A DNA stretch of 29,744 bases, taken from Promethearchaeota archaeon. GTDB taxonomy: Archaea > Asgardarchaeota > Lokiarchaeia > Sigyniarchaeales > SOKP01. Below the pieces are notes generated by a model. It saw only the letters and a list, made by a program, of their open reading frames with translations. It was not told the DNA's origin and ran no database searches. This document shows positions 1 through 8,673 of this stretch, one piece after another (the stretch's first letter is position 1; the number at the start of each line of letters is the position of its first letter). The stretch covers positions 1-29,744 of the forward strand of contig JAHPZJ010000011.1 in the NCBI GenBank assembly GCA_019058245.1. The letters run 5' to 3'. The position numbers and the translations under genes are program-made.

Positions 1-18
1 TTTATTGAAATAAATAAA

Positions 19-591
19 TCAATTGTTGTTTTTATGAAGTAGGATTATAGTTATTAAATTTGATAATTTTGAGAAATTTGTTGTTTCTAGTTTATCTTTA
101 TTAGGATCCCACCCAAATAAAACTTTAGCAGCCTTACTAAATTTCGATACATACCATTTCATAATTGAAATCTTTTGTTTCAAATCTGAGACAAATTCTA
201 ATCGCGGCTTAAAACGATGAAATCCGTGCATTACTGATGCATTGTCAGGATTTGCCCTTAAATTTTTTATCCATGTTGCATCCTCTCCTCTTGCAGCAAA
301 AATAGTGATAGTTCCTTCGTATCGTCTATATTCTAATGGAGTTCTTCTTGTTTTTCCTGTTTTCCATCCTTTTGTTTTTAAAATCAGAATAATTCTTCCG
401 AATCCTAATAAAGGTAATAATTTAGCTCTATACAATGGGACTACTAAATATTTATTTAGGTTTTTCCATCTTTTTAAAGTCTTTTTTTTAGAAATTTCAT
501 TTTGATAATGAAAGTTAAACATTACCGATTCAGGACGGGGCAATTCTTCATTATTCTTTTCAATTTCATTTGATTTAGACATTATCATCAT
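19..591 (-). CDS. Deazaflavin (F420)-dependent nitroreductase-family oxidoreductase (DDN/DUF385-like)
   Basis: Motifs LILKTKGWKTGKTRRTPL and AARGEDATWIKNLRANP are typical of the DDN family. The ORF-track start at 657 lies inside the IS left end, so the real start is probably ATG 591, 588 or 582. Confidence 0.8.
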   Translation of the reverse strand: MMIMSKSNEIEKNNEELPRPESVMFNFHYQNEISKKKTLKRWKNLNKYLVVPLYRAKLLPLLGFGRIILILKTKGWKTGKTRRTPLEYRRYEGTITIFAARGEDATWIKNLRANPDNASVMHGFHRFKPRLEFVSDLKQKISIMKWYVSKFSKAAKVLFGWDPNKDKLETTNFSKLSNLITIILLHKNNN

Positions 592-649
592 AAATAAAAT
601 TTTAATACTTATAAATTTTAAACACCATTTTTTACCATTTTTTAAGCAA

Positions 650-673
650 AAAGCCATGTCCTTTAGGACATGG
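650..673 (+). repeat. IS left-end subterminal hairpin with guide (AAAG + CCATGTCC-TTTA-GGACATGG)
   Basis: Perfect 8-bp stem 654-661/666-673 with a TTTA loop. AAAG immediately 5' matches the IS608 left guide. Confidence 0.85.
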
Positions 674-745
674 ATGAATGCCTCTAAAAATCTCTAAACC
701 TATGTAGTTCTATCTTTTTTATATTATCCAAGTAATAAATTCAAA

Positions 746-1168
746 ATGGAATATCACCAAAATCCTCATAGAGTCTATTCTATTTTCTACCACTTAATCT
801 TTATAGTGAAATACCGTCAACCTGTTTTTTTAGGCGATATCGGCATAATTGAAGCTGTAAAGACGAAGATTATTCAATTATCAGAGAATTTTGAAGTAAA
901 GGTAGTAGAAATTGAATGTGGTATTGATCACGTTCATTTGTTAAATTCTGCGATACCTATGTTAGATATTCCTAAATATATTAATACAATCAAGGGACAT
1001 TCTTTTCATTTTCTCAAGAAGCACTATAAAACCTTCTTACAAGATAAATTATGGGGGGCTCATTTTTGGAGTCCCAGTTATTTTATTGCTTCTATTGGAA
1101 ATGTATCAATTGATATTCTTAAGCAATACGTTGAGAAACAACGGGGGATGGGTGCTCTTGAACACTAA
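746..1168 (+). CDS. tnpA: IS200/IS605 Y1 HUH transposase TnpA
   Basis: YHLIFIVKYR, HUH motif DHVHLL, LWGAHFWSPSYF and catalytic Tyr in QYVEKQ. Confidence 0.95.
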   Translation: MEYHQNPHRVYSIFYHLIFIVKYRQPVFLGDIGIIEAVKTKIIQLSENFEVKVVEIECGIDHVHLLNSAIPMLDIPKYINTIKGHSFHFLKKHYKTFLQDKLWGAHFWSPSYFIASIGNVSIDILKQYVEKQRGMGALEH

Positions 1169-2321
1169 CAAAGCAATTAAGATTCGGATATACCCTAATG
1201 TTCTTGAACGAGAATTTTTAAACAAGACATTTGGTTGTTGTCGTCTTTTATGGAATCAGATGCTTGCTGAGCGTAATGAAGTGTATCAACAACTTAAAGA
1301 GAATTCTGAAGCTTTAAGAGCTCATAAGTATAAAACCGAAAAGGAATATAAACAAGATTTTAAGTTCATGATAGAAGTAGATAGTAAAGCCTTACAATCT
1401 ACTACTCGGCATCTATTGGAAGCGTTTCAAAAGTTTTTTAAGGGTTTAAAGCAGGCTCGAAAAGTAGGATATCCGAACTTTAAATCAAAGAAACATGAGC
1501 AGGCCTATACTACTTATAACATCAACAACAATATTAAGATTGATTTTACGAAAAAACGAATTAAGCTCCCAAAAATTAAGACATGGATTAAGTATAAAGA
1601 TGATAGGGATTTTGTAGAGCCTATTCGACATGTGACCGTCTCGAAAACCAAAAGCGGAAAGTATTACATATCCATTCTAATTGATGAGGAGCTTGGTATT
1701 ACCCCCTTAGAAGTGATTCATTGTGATGTTATTGCCGCCTTTGACATGTCAGCATCGGAATTCTTAGTGGGGGAAGGGGAGTCTTATTCTAATCCTCGGT
1801 TTTATCGCTCTTCAGAGCCAAAGCTTAAAAAGTTACATCGACAAGTTTCTCGTAAGAAAAAAGGTTCGCAAAATCGCTGGAAAGCAAGGTTAAAATTAGC
1901 TCGTTTGTACGAGAAAATAGCTAATCAAAAGCGCGATTGGACTCATAAGACCGCACTTAAACTTGCAAATACATATGATGCCATAATTCTAGAAGATCTA
2001 AATGTAAAAGGCATGCAACAATTCAATAGCGGGCTTGCTAAATCTGTAAGCTTGGACTTTTCATGGCATCAGTTTAAAAATATTTTAAAATACAAGCTCG
2101 AATGGCGTGGCAAGCACTATCAAGAAGTAGACCGCTTTTTCCCTTCGAGTAAGCTCTGCTCTGTTTGTGGATATAAAAATGAGAATTTAACCTTAGCTTC
2201 ACGTGAATGGACTTGTACTGAATGTGACATGCATCATCATCGAGATAAAAATGCCTCAACTAATATTAAAATAGAAGGTATACATCTTTTAGAAGAAAAA
2301 GGGATCAAAGTCATTAGTTGA
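1152..2321 (+). CDS. tnpB: RNA-guided endonuclease TnpB
   Basis: N-terminal KIRIYP/FGCCRLLWN, RuvC residues AFDM, LEDL and HRDKNA, and zinc ribbon CSVC...CTEC. The probable start is GTG 1152 (overlapping the tnpA end) rather than 1086. Confidence 0.95.
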   Translation: MLLNTNKAIKIRIYPNVLEREFLNKTFGCCRLLWNQMLAERNEVYQQLKENSEALRAHKYKTEKEYKQDFKFMIEVDSKALQSTTRHLLEAFQKFFKGLKQARKVGYPNFKSKKHEQAYTTYNINNNIKIDFTKKRIKLPKIKTWIKYKDDRDFVEPIRHVTVSKTKSGKYYISILIDEELGITPLEVIHCDVIAAFDMSASEFLVGEGESYSNPRFYRSSEPKLKKLHRQVSRKKKGSQNRWKARLKLARLYEKIANQKRDWTHKTALKLANTYDAIILEDLNVKGMQQFNSGLAKSVSLDFSWHQFKNILKYKLEWRGKHYQEVDRFFPSSKLCSVCGYKNENLTLASREWTCTECDMHHHRDKNASTNIKIEGIHLLEEKGIKVIS

Positions 2322-2450
2322 CCTACTGTTGGGATGACGGGAAGTTACGCTTGTGGAGATCGTGTAAGACGCCGTTTAGGTGCTGTGGTCGAGGAAGCAA
2401 GAATCCAGCTCCTTTAGGGGCTGGTAATTCAATTAAATTTTATACTAAAA
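2250..2450 (+). ncRNA. Predicted TnpB omegaRNA (reRNA) scaffold plus flank-derived guide
   Basis: The stretch ACTGTTGGGATGACGGGAAGTTACGCTTGTGGAGA...GAAGCAAGAATCC-hairpin-TTCAA resembles IS605 right ends. By established TnpB biology the guide is the DNA right after TCAA (2433 onward). The 5' boundary is approximate. Confidence 0.6.
2401..2432 (+). repeat. IS right-end hairpin with GAAT guide and TCAA cleavage site
   Basis: GAAT-CCAGCTCC-TTTA-GGGGCTGG-TAAT-TCAA; stem 2405-2412/2417-2424 with one G-T pair. Confidence 0.85.
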
Positions 2451-2538
2451 GATGAGAATTCAAAAACCTATTAAATCAATAATTTATATTTTAAAGCAAT
2501 ACATTTTTATTGTTTTAAAATGAGGATTATACTATATC

Positions 2539-2859
2539 ATGACAAATTTGGATGAAATTGAAAAAAAATATAGTGAAAAGGAAATAGAAATTCAAAAAGA
2601 AATCTCTAGAGACTTCGATTCTGTACTCAATGAGATCCACTCTAAGTATGAAAAAGATTATCGCGATATGGGCACAGTTAAAAAAGAAAAAGAACATTTA
2701 AAAGAAAGAATCTCTGAATTTAAACTAATTTTAAAACTATTTAATAAAGAAATTAAAATTTTAACTCGCAATAAAAAAAAGGCGTTAAAGGAAAGATTAA
2801 AAGAATTGAATAGAAAAAAAGAAGAAGAAATCAATAATCTTGAAGAACCTATTTCATAA
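2539..2859 (+). CDS. Small charged coiled-coil hypothetical protein
   Basis: 106-aa E/K-rich ORF with GAGG upstream; no family recognised. Confidence 0.65.
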   Translation: MTNLDEIEKKYSEKEIEIQKEISRDFDSVLNEIHSKYEKDYRDMGTVKKEKEHLKERISEFKLILKLFNKEIKILTRNKKKALKERLKELNRKKEEEINNLEEPIS

Positions 2860-2982
2860 TTATTTCAACAGTTCCAGATTTGATAGCTAGCTTTTCTTTT
2901 TTAATTTTTTTATTTAAAATATTTCATTGTAATTTTACCTACAATGATGTTAATAATTTAAATAAATGCTTCTATGAACTAA

Positions 2983-4086
2983 TTATAATATTTCAAGACA
3001 TTTTGCCAAACATCTTTTTACGCATGCATTACAGTTTATACAATTCTGGGGATTATATAGATCTATTTTTTTATCATTTTCATTGAATCTATAAAGATTT
3101 CTAGGGCACACTTCAATACAAACCTTACAACCAATACATTTTTCACGCTCTAATTTAATTGTCCCATAAGGTTGTAATTTCATTGACATCCCTAAAAATT
3201 TCATTTCTTTATCTCCTTTTTTCCAAGTTTTTTCACCTAATTCACTCTTATAAATTGGCGTCAAACCGTTAAAATCCTCGATTAAGATTAAAGCAAATAT
3301 TAAAGAAGAAATTATATTCCAAACTAAGTAAAAAACCTTAGGAAATACAAAAATATAGAATAATACGATAATAATCAAGATTATTCCCTCAAAGATCAAT
3401 GTTTTTAGTCTTCCTGTCTTGGTTTTAATGCTTGGTAAAATAATAAGAGCACCATAAATTACTATGATTAATATTACAATAGAATCGAGAAAAAGAAATA
3501 CGTCTAGAGCACGAAAAAATATAGATGCTATCCAAAAACCTATATTAAATAAGAGGAAAAGTGTAAAGAAATACATGTTTGCTATTTCTAATCTCTTTGA
3601 GAAGGAAAATTTTACTTCACGCATATTTTTTGTTTTAATAAAATTGTTTTTCACATAATGTTGAATATCCTTGGCATAAACAGGACCAAAGTTTACATCC
3701 CATCCTAATTTCTTTTTGATAACTAAGGGATCAATTCCCGGAGCACTTAATTGGGGAAGAATCAACATCCTGTGATCAACTAACTCATTTATTCCACTGA
3801 TTTTAATTATAGAAATTACAGAATCTGTCGTAAAATCATCCCCGCAAGCTCCACACCAAACATTTATACCTTTTGAAGGAGCAATGAGTAAATAGCAGTC
3901 AAGACCCTTTAATGCTTTTAGAACTCTTTTTACAGTTATACTGAAGTTACATGTCAAAAATACAGGGCTTTTTTTATCTGGATTTCCAATCTTAATAAGA
4001 TCTGGTTCTATAGGAAATCCCACCCATCGAAAAAAATATCCTCCAAATAAATTTAATGCTTTTTTTATCGTCAATTTTAGTTTCAA
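2983..4086 (-). CDS. HgcAB-like fusion protein (CdhD/HgcA-like corrinoid domain + ~4 TM + 2x[4Fe-4S] ferredoxin)
   Basis: IGNPDKKSPVFLTCNF, cap-helix-like GINVWCGACG, LILPQLSAPGI, FGPVYAKDI, four hydrophobic helices, CIGCKVCIEVCP and CINCNACVKRC. The TTG start overlaps the upstream TGA. Confidence 0.85.
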   Translation of the reverse strand: MKLKLTIKKALNLFGGYFFRWVGFPIEPDLIKIGNPDKKSPVFLTCNFSITVKRVLKALKGLDCYLLIAPSKGINVWCGACGDDFTTDSVISIIKISGINELVDHRMLILPQLSAPGIDPLVIKKKLGWDVNFGPVYAKDIQHYVKNNFIKTKNMREVKFSFSKRLEIANMYFFTLFLLFNIGFWIASIFFRALDVFLFLDSIVILIIVIYGALIILPSIKTKTGRLKTLIFEGIILIIIVLFYIFVFPKVFYLVWNIISSLIFALILIEDFNGLTPIYKSELGEKTWKKGDKEMKFLGMSMKLQPYGTIKLEREKCIGCKVCIEVCPRNLYRFNENDKKIDLYNPQNCINCNACVKRCLAKCLEIL

Positions 4087-4748
4087 TCCTTTTTTTTAGT
4101 TCTAAATAATTTTAATGTATCTAATAGGTATAATTTTTCTTCGATAATTTTAAAATTATGAGCTTCCAATCTTTTTTCAATATCCTTTAATCTCTTTGTT
4201 GTTAACTGAGATTTTAAAAATGTAATTAGCACAAGTGGTATTCTAATGATAAAATAAACAATTTTTTTCCATAGTTTTTTGGGTTTTACTTCATCTACAA
4301 GTATAAATTCGCCATCTTCTTTTAGAATCCGATATATTTGGCTTAAAGCATAATCTTGTTCTTTTTGGTATAACTCACTAAATGATAACATTGCTGTTAT
4401 TTTATCAAAAGATTTTTCAGAAAATGTCTCATCTAAATCTAATTCAATAATAGGCATTTTGATAATTTGAATACCTTCAGTTAAGCCTTCTTGTTCAATA
4501 TTTTTCTTTGCAACTTCAAGCATTTTTTCTGAATAGTCAATGCCAGTAACATTTACTCCTTTTTTTGCACATAGAATAGCGAACGTTCCCGTCCCCATAC
4601 CGATATCTAAAAGGTTCTCATTCTTATAAACTAAATTATCTACAATATACGTTTTAATTTTTGGTAAACGTCCTAATGTTATATTCTTTATTCCCTTATC
4701 ATATTTTTCTGCTTTAGTTTCCAATGCTTTCATATAAACATAAGACAT
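4083..4748 (-). CDS. cpaM: Class I SAM-dependent methyltransferase, CpaM-like (corrinoid protein-associated)
   Basis: SAM motif LLDIGMGTG. The N-terminus YVYMKALETKAEKYDKGI and the position directly upstream of an HgcAB-like fusion fit CpaM. Confidence 0.75.
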   Translation of the reverse strand: MSYVYMKALETKAEKYDKGIKNITLGRLPKIKTYIVDNLVYKNENLLDIGMGTGTFAILCAKKGVNVTGIDYSEKMLEVAKKNIEQEGLTEGIQIIKMPIIELDLDETFSEKSFDKITAMLSFSELYQKEQDYALSQIYRILKEDGEFILVDEVKPKKLWKKIVYFIIRIPLVLITFLKSQLTTKRLKDIEKRLEAHNFKIIEEKLYLLDTLKLFRTKKKD

Positions 4749-4833
4749 TTTTTACGAATACCACTTATAAAAAATTATTAATTAAGAAAGTATATGTTAC
4801 TTAAGATTTAACTCTCAAGTATAATTAAAGATT

Positions 4834-6774
4834 TTATAGATCTTTTAACTTTTGTTGTTCTTGCTGTATCTTTTTTTCTATTTTTCTCTTTTGTTTTTCA
4901 AACTTTTTTTGCTTTTTTGCTTCCTGTTTCGATTTTTTTTCTTTTTGTTTCCTTTCTTGTTTCAACTTTTCAAGTTCTTGTTTTTGCTTTTCAATAGCCT
5001 CAATTACTTCTTTTTCTTTCTCTAAACGTTCCATTTCTTTTCTGATCTTTTCTTGTTTTTCACTTTCAATTTTTTGCAAGCGTGCCTTTTCTTTTCTAAT
5101 CTCCTCTTGTTTTTCTCTTTCTATTTTTTCTACGCGTTCTCTTTCTAATTGTTCTTGCTTTACTCTTTCATTTTCTTTTCGAATTCTTTCTAGACGTTCT
5201 CTTTCTTGTCTTTCCTTCTCTTGTCTTTCTCTTTCTTTTCGCTCCTTTTCTAATCTTGCTAGTCTTTCTTTTTCTAAACGAATTCTCTCTAGTCTCTCTT
5301 TTTCCTTTCTTTCAATTTCTTCGATTTCAAAAAGCCAACTATCTACTTTTTGAATTAATTCTTGTTTTTCTTTTAAAGGCAATCCAAAGGTTGGTTCTTT
5401 TTTTATGTAAATATTAGCATATTTACTCATCTCCCATATTTTTGTCTGATGTGTTTTGGTAGAACTCACACCAATTTGTCTCATAATTTCCCTAGCAATT
5501 TCAAATGCTTGTCCGATCAATCTCATTTCGTAATTTTCTTCAATTACTTTTTTTAAATATAAAAGAATTTGTTTAGTATCAGCGTTAGGTGGATTAGGTA
5601 ATTGCTTAAATTCAACTTTTTCAGATTTTAATGTTTCTAATTCAAATTTTTCTTGTTTGTAGTCTTTTACTTCAGCTCCTCCAATATCAGAATTTTGAAT
5701 GTTATTTTGTAGGTGAATGGGTTGTTCTACTATTTTAGGTAAAACTGATTGTTCTTTTTTTGCTTTTCTCTTGAATTGTATTGGCCAACTGATAAATGAA
5801 TATAGGCGATCTTCTGCAGATGCAAAAATCGAATGTTTAGAAGTCTTACCAGTAGTCAAATCTCTTTGTTCTGAAGAAACTTGTAGTATACCAGAATTTA
5901 ACATTGTTGCTGCTTTTTCAAATATAGAAAATAAATTCATCTGATCAAACTCAAGATTAGAATAAATATTTTTCAAAGAGTCTATTTTGCTTTCTATTAT
6001 GCTAAGATTTTCAACAGAGATAGTTTCTTGCAAATGTTGATCTGCTGCAGAGATTATCCCATCTAATCCTGCTGTTGAATTTAGGTAAGAAGATTCGAAT
6101 TTTTCTTTCATTTTATTAGAAACTAAAATCTGATTATAGAAATCCCAATGTGTACTCAATATCATATGTCCATCTTCAGCAATATTATAAGAATCGTGTT
6201 TACGAAGACTTTCCATTAAATCCAAGAATATATCTTTATTAGGTATGAAAACATTTCTCATTATAGCACCCTTTATGAAGGTTATATGTTCTTCTGTTTT
6301 ATAAGACAAATCGATGGGGATTTTAATCACTTTTTCTGCTATGACAACATCTCGATCTTCTTCTAAGGTGACATTTTGTGAAGTAGCCATGTGATCATAA
6401 ACAAAATCTGTTAGTACTAACCCGGTTAGAACTCTTTTATCGGTAATATATTTACTTGACTCTAATTCGAATTTGAGGTAATAATATCCTAAACCAAAAA
6501 GGTAATGAAGTGTTCCTTTTGCGGTCTCAATTGAATAATCATAACCGCTTAAAAATATAACGGGATCTGAGATTATTTTTGATACGGGGTGATGAACGTA
6601 GGTTCCTAATGTAGGATAACCTAATAAATCACTCCAACTTGGGATCATAAAAAGAGAGTTATTGGGAAATAGTTTATTCTCTATTTTTTGTTTTTCAATT
6701 CTTTCTTTTTCTAACCTTTCCCTTTCCAATCTTTCTTTTTCTAGTTGTTCCGGGTTTTCATTTTCCATTCCCAT
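4834..6774 (-). CDS. Hypothetical protein: globular N-terminal domain + long E/R/K-rich C-terminal helix
   Basis: 646-aa ORF. The last ~160 aa are almost entirely E/K/R/Q, and there is a short similar repeat at the N-terminus. Confidence 0.8.
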   Translation of the reverse strand: MGMENENPEQLEKERLERERLEKERIEKQKIENKLFPNNSLFMIPSWSDLLGYPTLGTYVHHPVSKIISDPVIFLSGYDYSIETAKGTLHYLFGLGYYYLKFELESSKYITDKRVLTGLVLTDFVYDHMATSQNVTLEEDRDVVIAEKVIKIPIDLSYKTEEHITFIKGAIMRNVFIPNKDIFLDLMESLRKHDSYNIAEDGHMILSTHWDFYNQILVSNKMKEKFESSYLNSTAGLDGIISAADQHLQETISVENLSIIESKIDSLKNIYSNLEFDQMNLFSIFEKAATMLNSGILQVSSEQRDLTTGKTSKHSIFASAEDRLYSFISWPIQFKRKAKKEQSVLPKIVEQPIHLQNNIQNSDIGGAEVKDYKQEKFELETLKSEKVEFKQLPNPPNADTKQILLYLKKVIEENYEMRLIGQAFEIAREIMRQIGVSSTKTHQTKIWEMSKYANIYIKKEPTFGLPLKEKQELIQKVDSWLFEIEEIERKEKERLERIRLEKERLARLEKERKERERQEKERQERERLERIRKENERVKQEQLERERVEKIEREKQEEIRKEKARLQKIESEKQEKIRKEMERLEKEKEVIEAIEKQKQELEKLKQERKQKEKKSKQEAKKQKKFEKQKRKIEKKIQQEQQKLKDL

Positions 6775-7069
6775 AATATTAACCTAAATCTCTTTTTTTT
6801 TTAAAAAAAAATCTTTATTTTATATATGTTCTAGCAAATAATTTATGATTTTTTCATCTCAAGATAAATATTAATTACTTTTAAAAAAAATATGGACGTA
6901 TTAAATTATTTCATTTATAAAATATTTTTAATCCAGAAGGTAATATTATTAAAGATATGATTATGCAAACTTGAAAAGCTGAAATTTTTTTTTATATTTA
7001 ATTTGAAGAAAAGATCATATTAGATTTTAACAATATAAAAAATAAAAAAAATTTGAAAAAAGATAGGAT

Positions 7070-8458
7070 TTACTTTTTTCGATATTTTAATTTGAGTAAT
7101 ATAATTAGAGTGGCAGAGAACAAACATAGAATAATTATCATATTATATCCTGGAATTGAATTAGTATCTTGGTTATTATCAGAATCATCATTATCAACAG
7201 AATTTTGATTATCGAAAGATGGAAAAGATGGATTTTTAATCAAAACAAGATCTGAGCTACGATTTAAATTAAAGCTTGAGGAATCGCCTGCTATATAGAT
7301 ATCATCTGTTGCTCTATTAATAGTAATAGCGTGTCCAGCTTCAATATCCCCTCCACCCCAAAGAGTTTCAGAAAGTAGGATACCATAACTGTTAAATTTA
7401 CCAATATAAATATTTTCTAAACCCCAACCATCAATAGTACCCTCTCCAACAAAATATATGTTATCTTCTGAATCTACATCAACTCCTGTTCCATAATCCA
7501 TATTTTCACGCCCCCAAATTTTACTCCATAATGTACTTCCATTTATATCAAACTTTATAAGGACAAAATTAATGTTATATACTCCAGCTCCAGCCATTAG
7601 ATCATTTGGATAGTAGGTCCATCCTGCGACATAGATATTATTCATTGAATCGACAGCACAGTCATATCCTCTATCTATTGTGGAACTTCCCCATGTTGTA
7701 TTCCAAATAAGACTTCCAGTAGGAGAATAGTATAAAACAAACACATCTGTACTACCAGCGCCATAACTACTAGTTTGTCCACTTATTACGATATTCCCGG
7801 TTGAAGTTTTTTCAATACCAGAGGCGGTCTCACTGTTTAAACCTCCCCAATTCAAAGCAAATTGTAAATCACCAGAACTATTGTATTTTAAATATAAAGA
7901 ATTTCTCCCATGGGTTGCATTATCACAAAATCCTGCGACATAAACATTAAAATTAGAATCCACTAGTACGTCACTCGCACTGTCATAACCAGATGTTCCC
8001 CAAGTCCTATTCCACAGTAATGTCCCATCCTCATTATATTTAGCAATAAAACAATCACCATTAATTAAATCAGTTCCGAAACTTTTAGTAAATCCAACTA
8101 AGTATACATTATTTTCTGAGTCAGTACATCCTCCATTTCCATGATCCATACTTGATCCTCCCCACTGCCTTTCCCATATAAGAGTACCATTAACATTATA
8201 TTTTAATAAGGTTGCATTAGTAGCCCCATTATCTGACATTATTGTACCAATTAAATAAGAATTATTGCTGATATCGACAGCACAATCCCATGCTTCATCT
8301 GTTTCATTTCCACCGTATGTAACATACCAGTCAACTGTTGAAAGTTCTGTGATATTAAACGCCTGCGATTTTGGAAGTAAAAAAAGAAAAGACACCAAAA
8401 ATAAAATTGATATTAATGCTATATTAATACTTTTAAGATTATTTACCTTAGTTTTCAT
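7070..8458 (-). CDS. Surface beta-propeller (SBBP-repeat) protein with Loki-CTERM-like anchor
   Basis: Signal peptide; ~7 repeats of WxxxWGGxxxDxGxxxxVDSxxNxYxxG; D/N-rich linker; C-terminal IPGY + TM + KLKYRKK. Confidence 0.85.
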   Translation of the reverse strand: MKTKVNNLKSINIALISILFLVSFLFLLPKSQAFNITELSTVDWYVTYGGNETDEAWDCAVDISNNSYLIGTIMSDNGATNATLLKYNVNGTLIWERQWGGSSMDHGNGGCTDSENNVYLVGFTKSFGTDLINGDCFIAKYNEDGTLLWNRTWGTSGYDSASDVLVDSNFNVYVAGFCDNATHGRNSLYLKYNSSGDLQFALNWGGLNSETASGIEKTSTGNIVISGQTSSYGAGSTDVFVLYYSPTGSLIWNTTWGSSTIDRGYDCAVDSMNNIYVAGWTYYPNDLMAGAGVYNINFVLIKFDINGSTLWSKIWGRENMDYGTGVDVDSEDNIYFVGEGTIDGWGLENIYIGKFNSYGILLSETLWGGGDIEAGHAITINRATDDIYIAGDSSSFNLNRSSDLVLIKNPSFPSFDNQNSVDNDDSDNNQDTNSIPGYNMIIILCLFSATLIILLKLKYRKK

Positions 8459-8673
8459 TTAAATACCTCAAGAAAACTTAATTAAAATTATGAGAAAGAA
8501 TGATTTATACCTTAAAAATAAGTGATATTAGGATAAATGGGTAGGAGTTAAAAATATCAACTATTTCTTCAATGTAACAGCCTTAAAAAGAAAACGCTAA
8601 ATTTTTTTTATTATTCCTAAAATTAAAAATTGATTATGTGTTTTAATTTTAGAAAGATAATTACGACAGAATT

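Larger units (their letters stand above)
636..2432 (+). mobile_element. IS200/IS605-family insertion sequence (IS605 group, tnpA+tnpB)
   Basis: TTAC (632-635) lies 18 nt before the left hairpin, which has an AAAG guide at its foot. The right hairpin is preceded by GAAT and followed by TTCAA (ends 2432). The ends enclose tnpA and tnpB. No TSD, as expected for this family. Confidence 0.9.

Noticed and set aside
592-657. N-terminal extension of the DDN-family ORF
   Set aside because: It runs into the IS left end and AT-rich promoter DNA; downstream ATGs are more plausible starts.
1086-1151. Longer tnpB start from the ORF track
   Set aside because: It overlaps the tnpA core, and TnpB similarity only begins near NKAIKIRIYP.
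2983-4086. Calling this a true mercury methylase hgcA/hgcB
   Set aside because: It is fused and both diagnostic motifs deviate from canonical HgcA and HgcB.
4834-5330. Repetitive TC-rich DNA as a tandem repeat or CRISPR array
   Set aside because: It is explained by E/K/R codons; there is no repeat-spacer structure and no cas gene.
6790-6815. T-run/A-run palindrome upstream of the 646-aa gene
   Set aside because: Homopolymer runs are common in this AT-rich DNA and there is no evidence of function.
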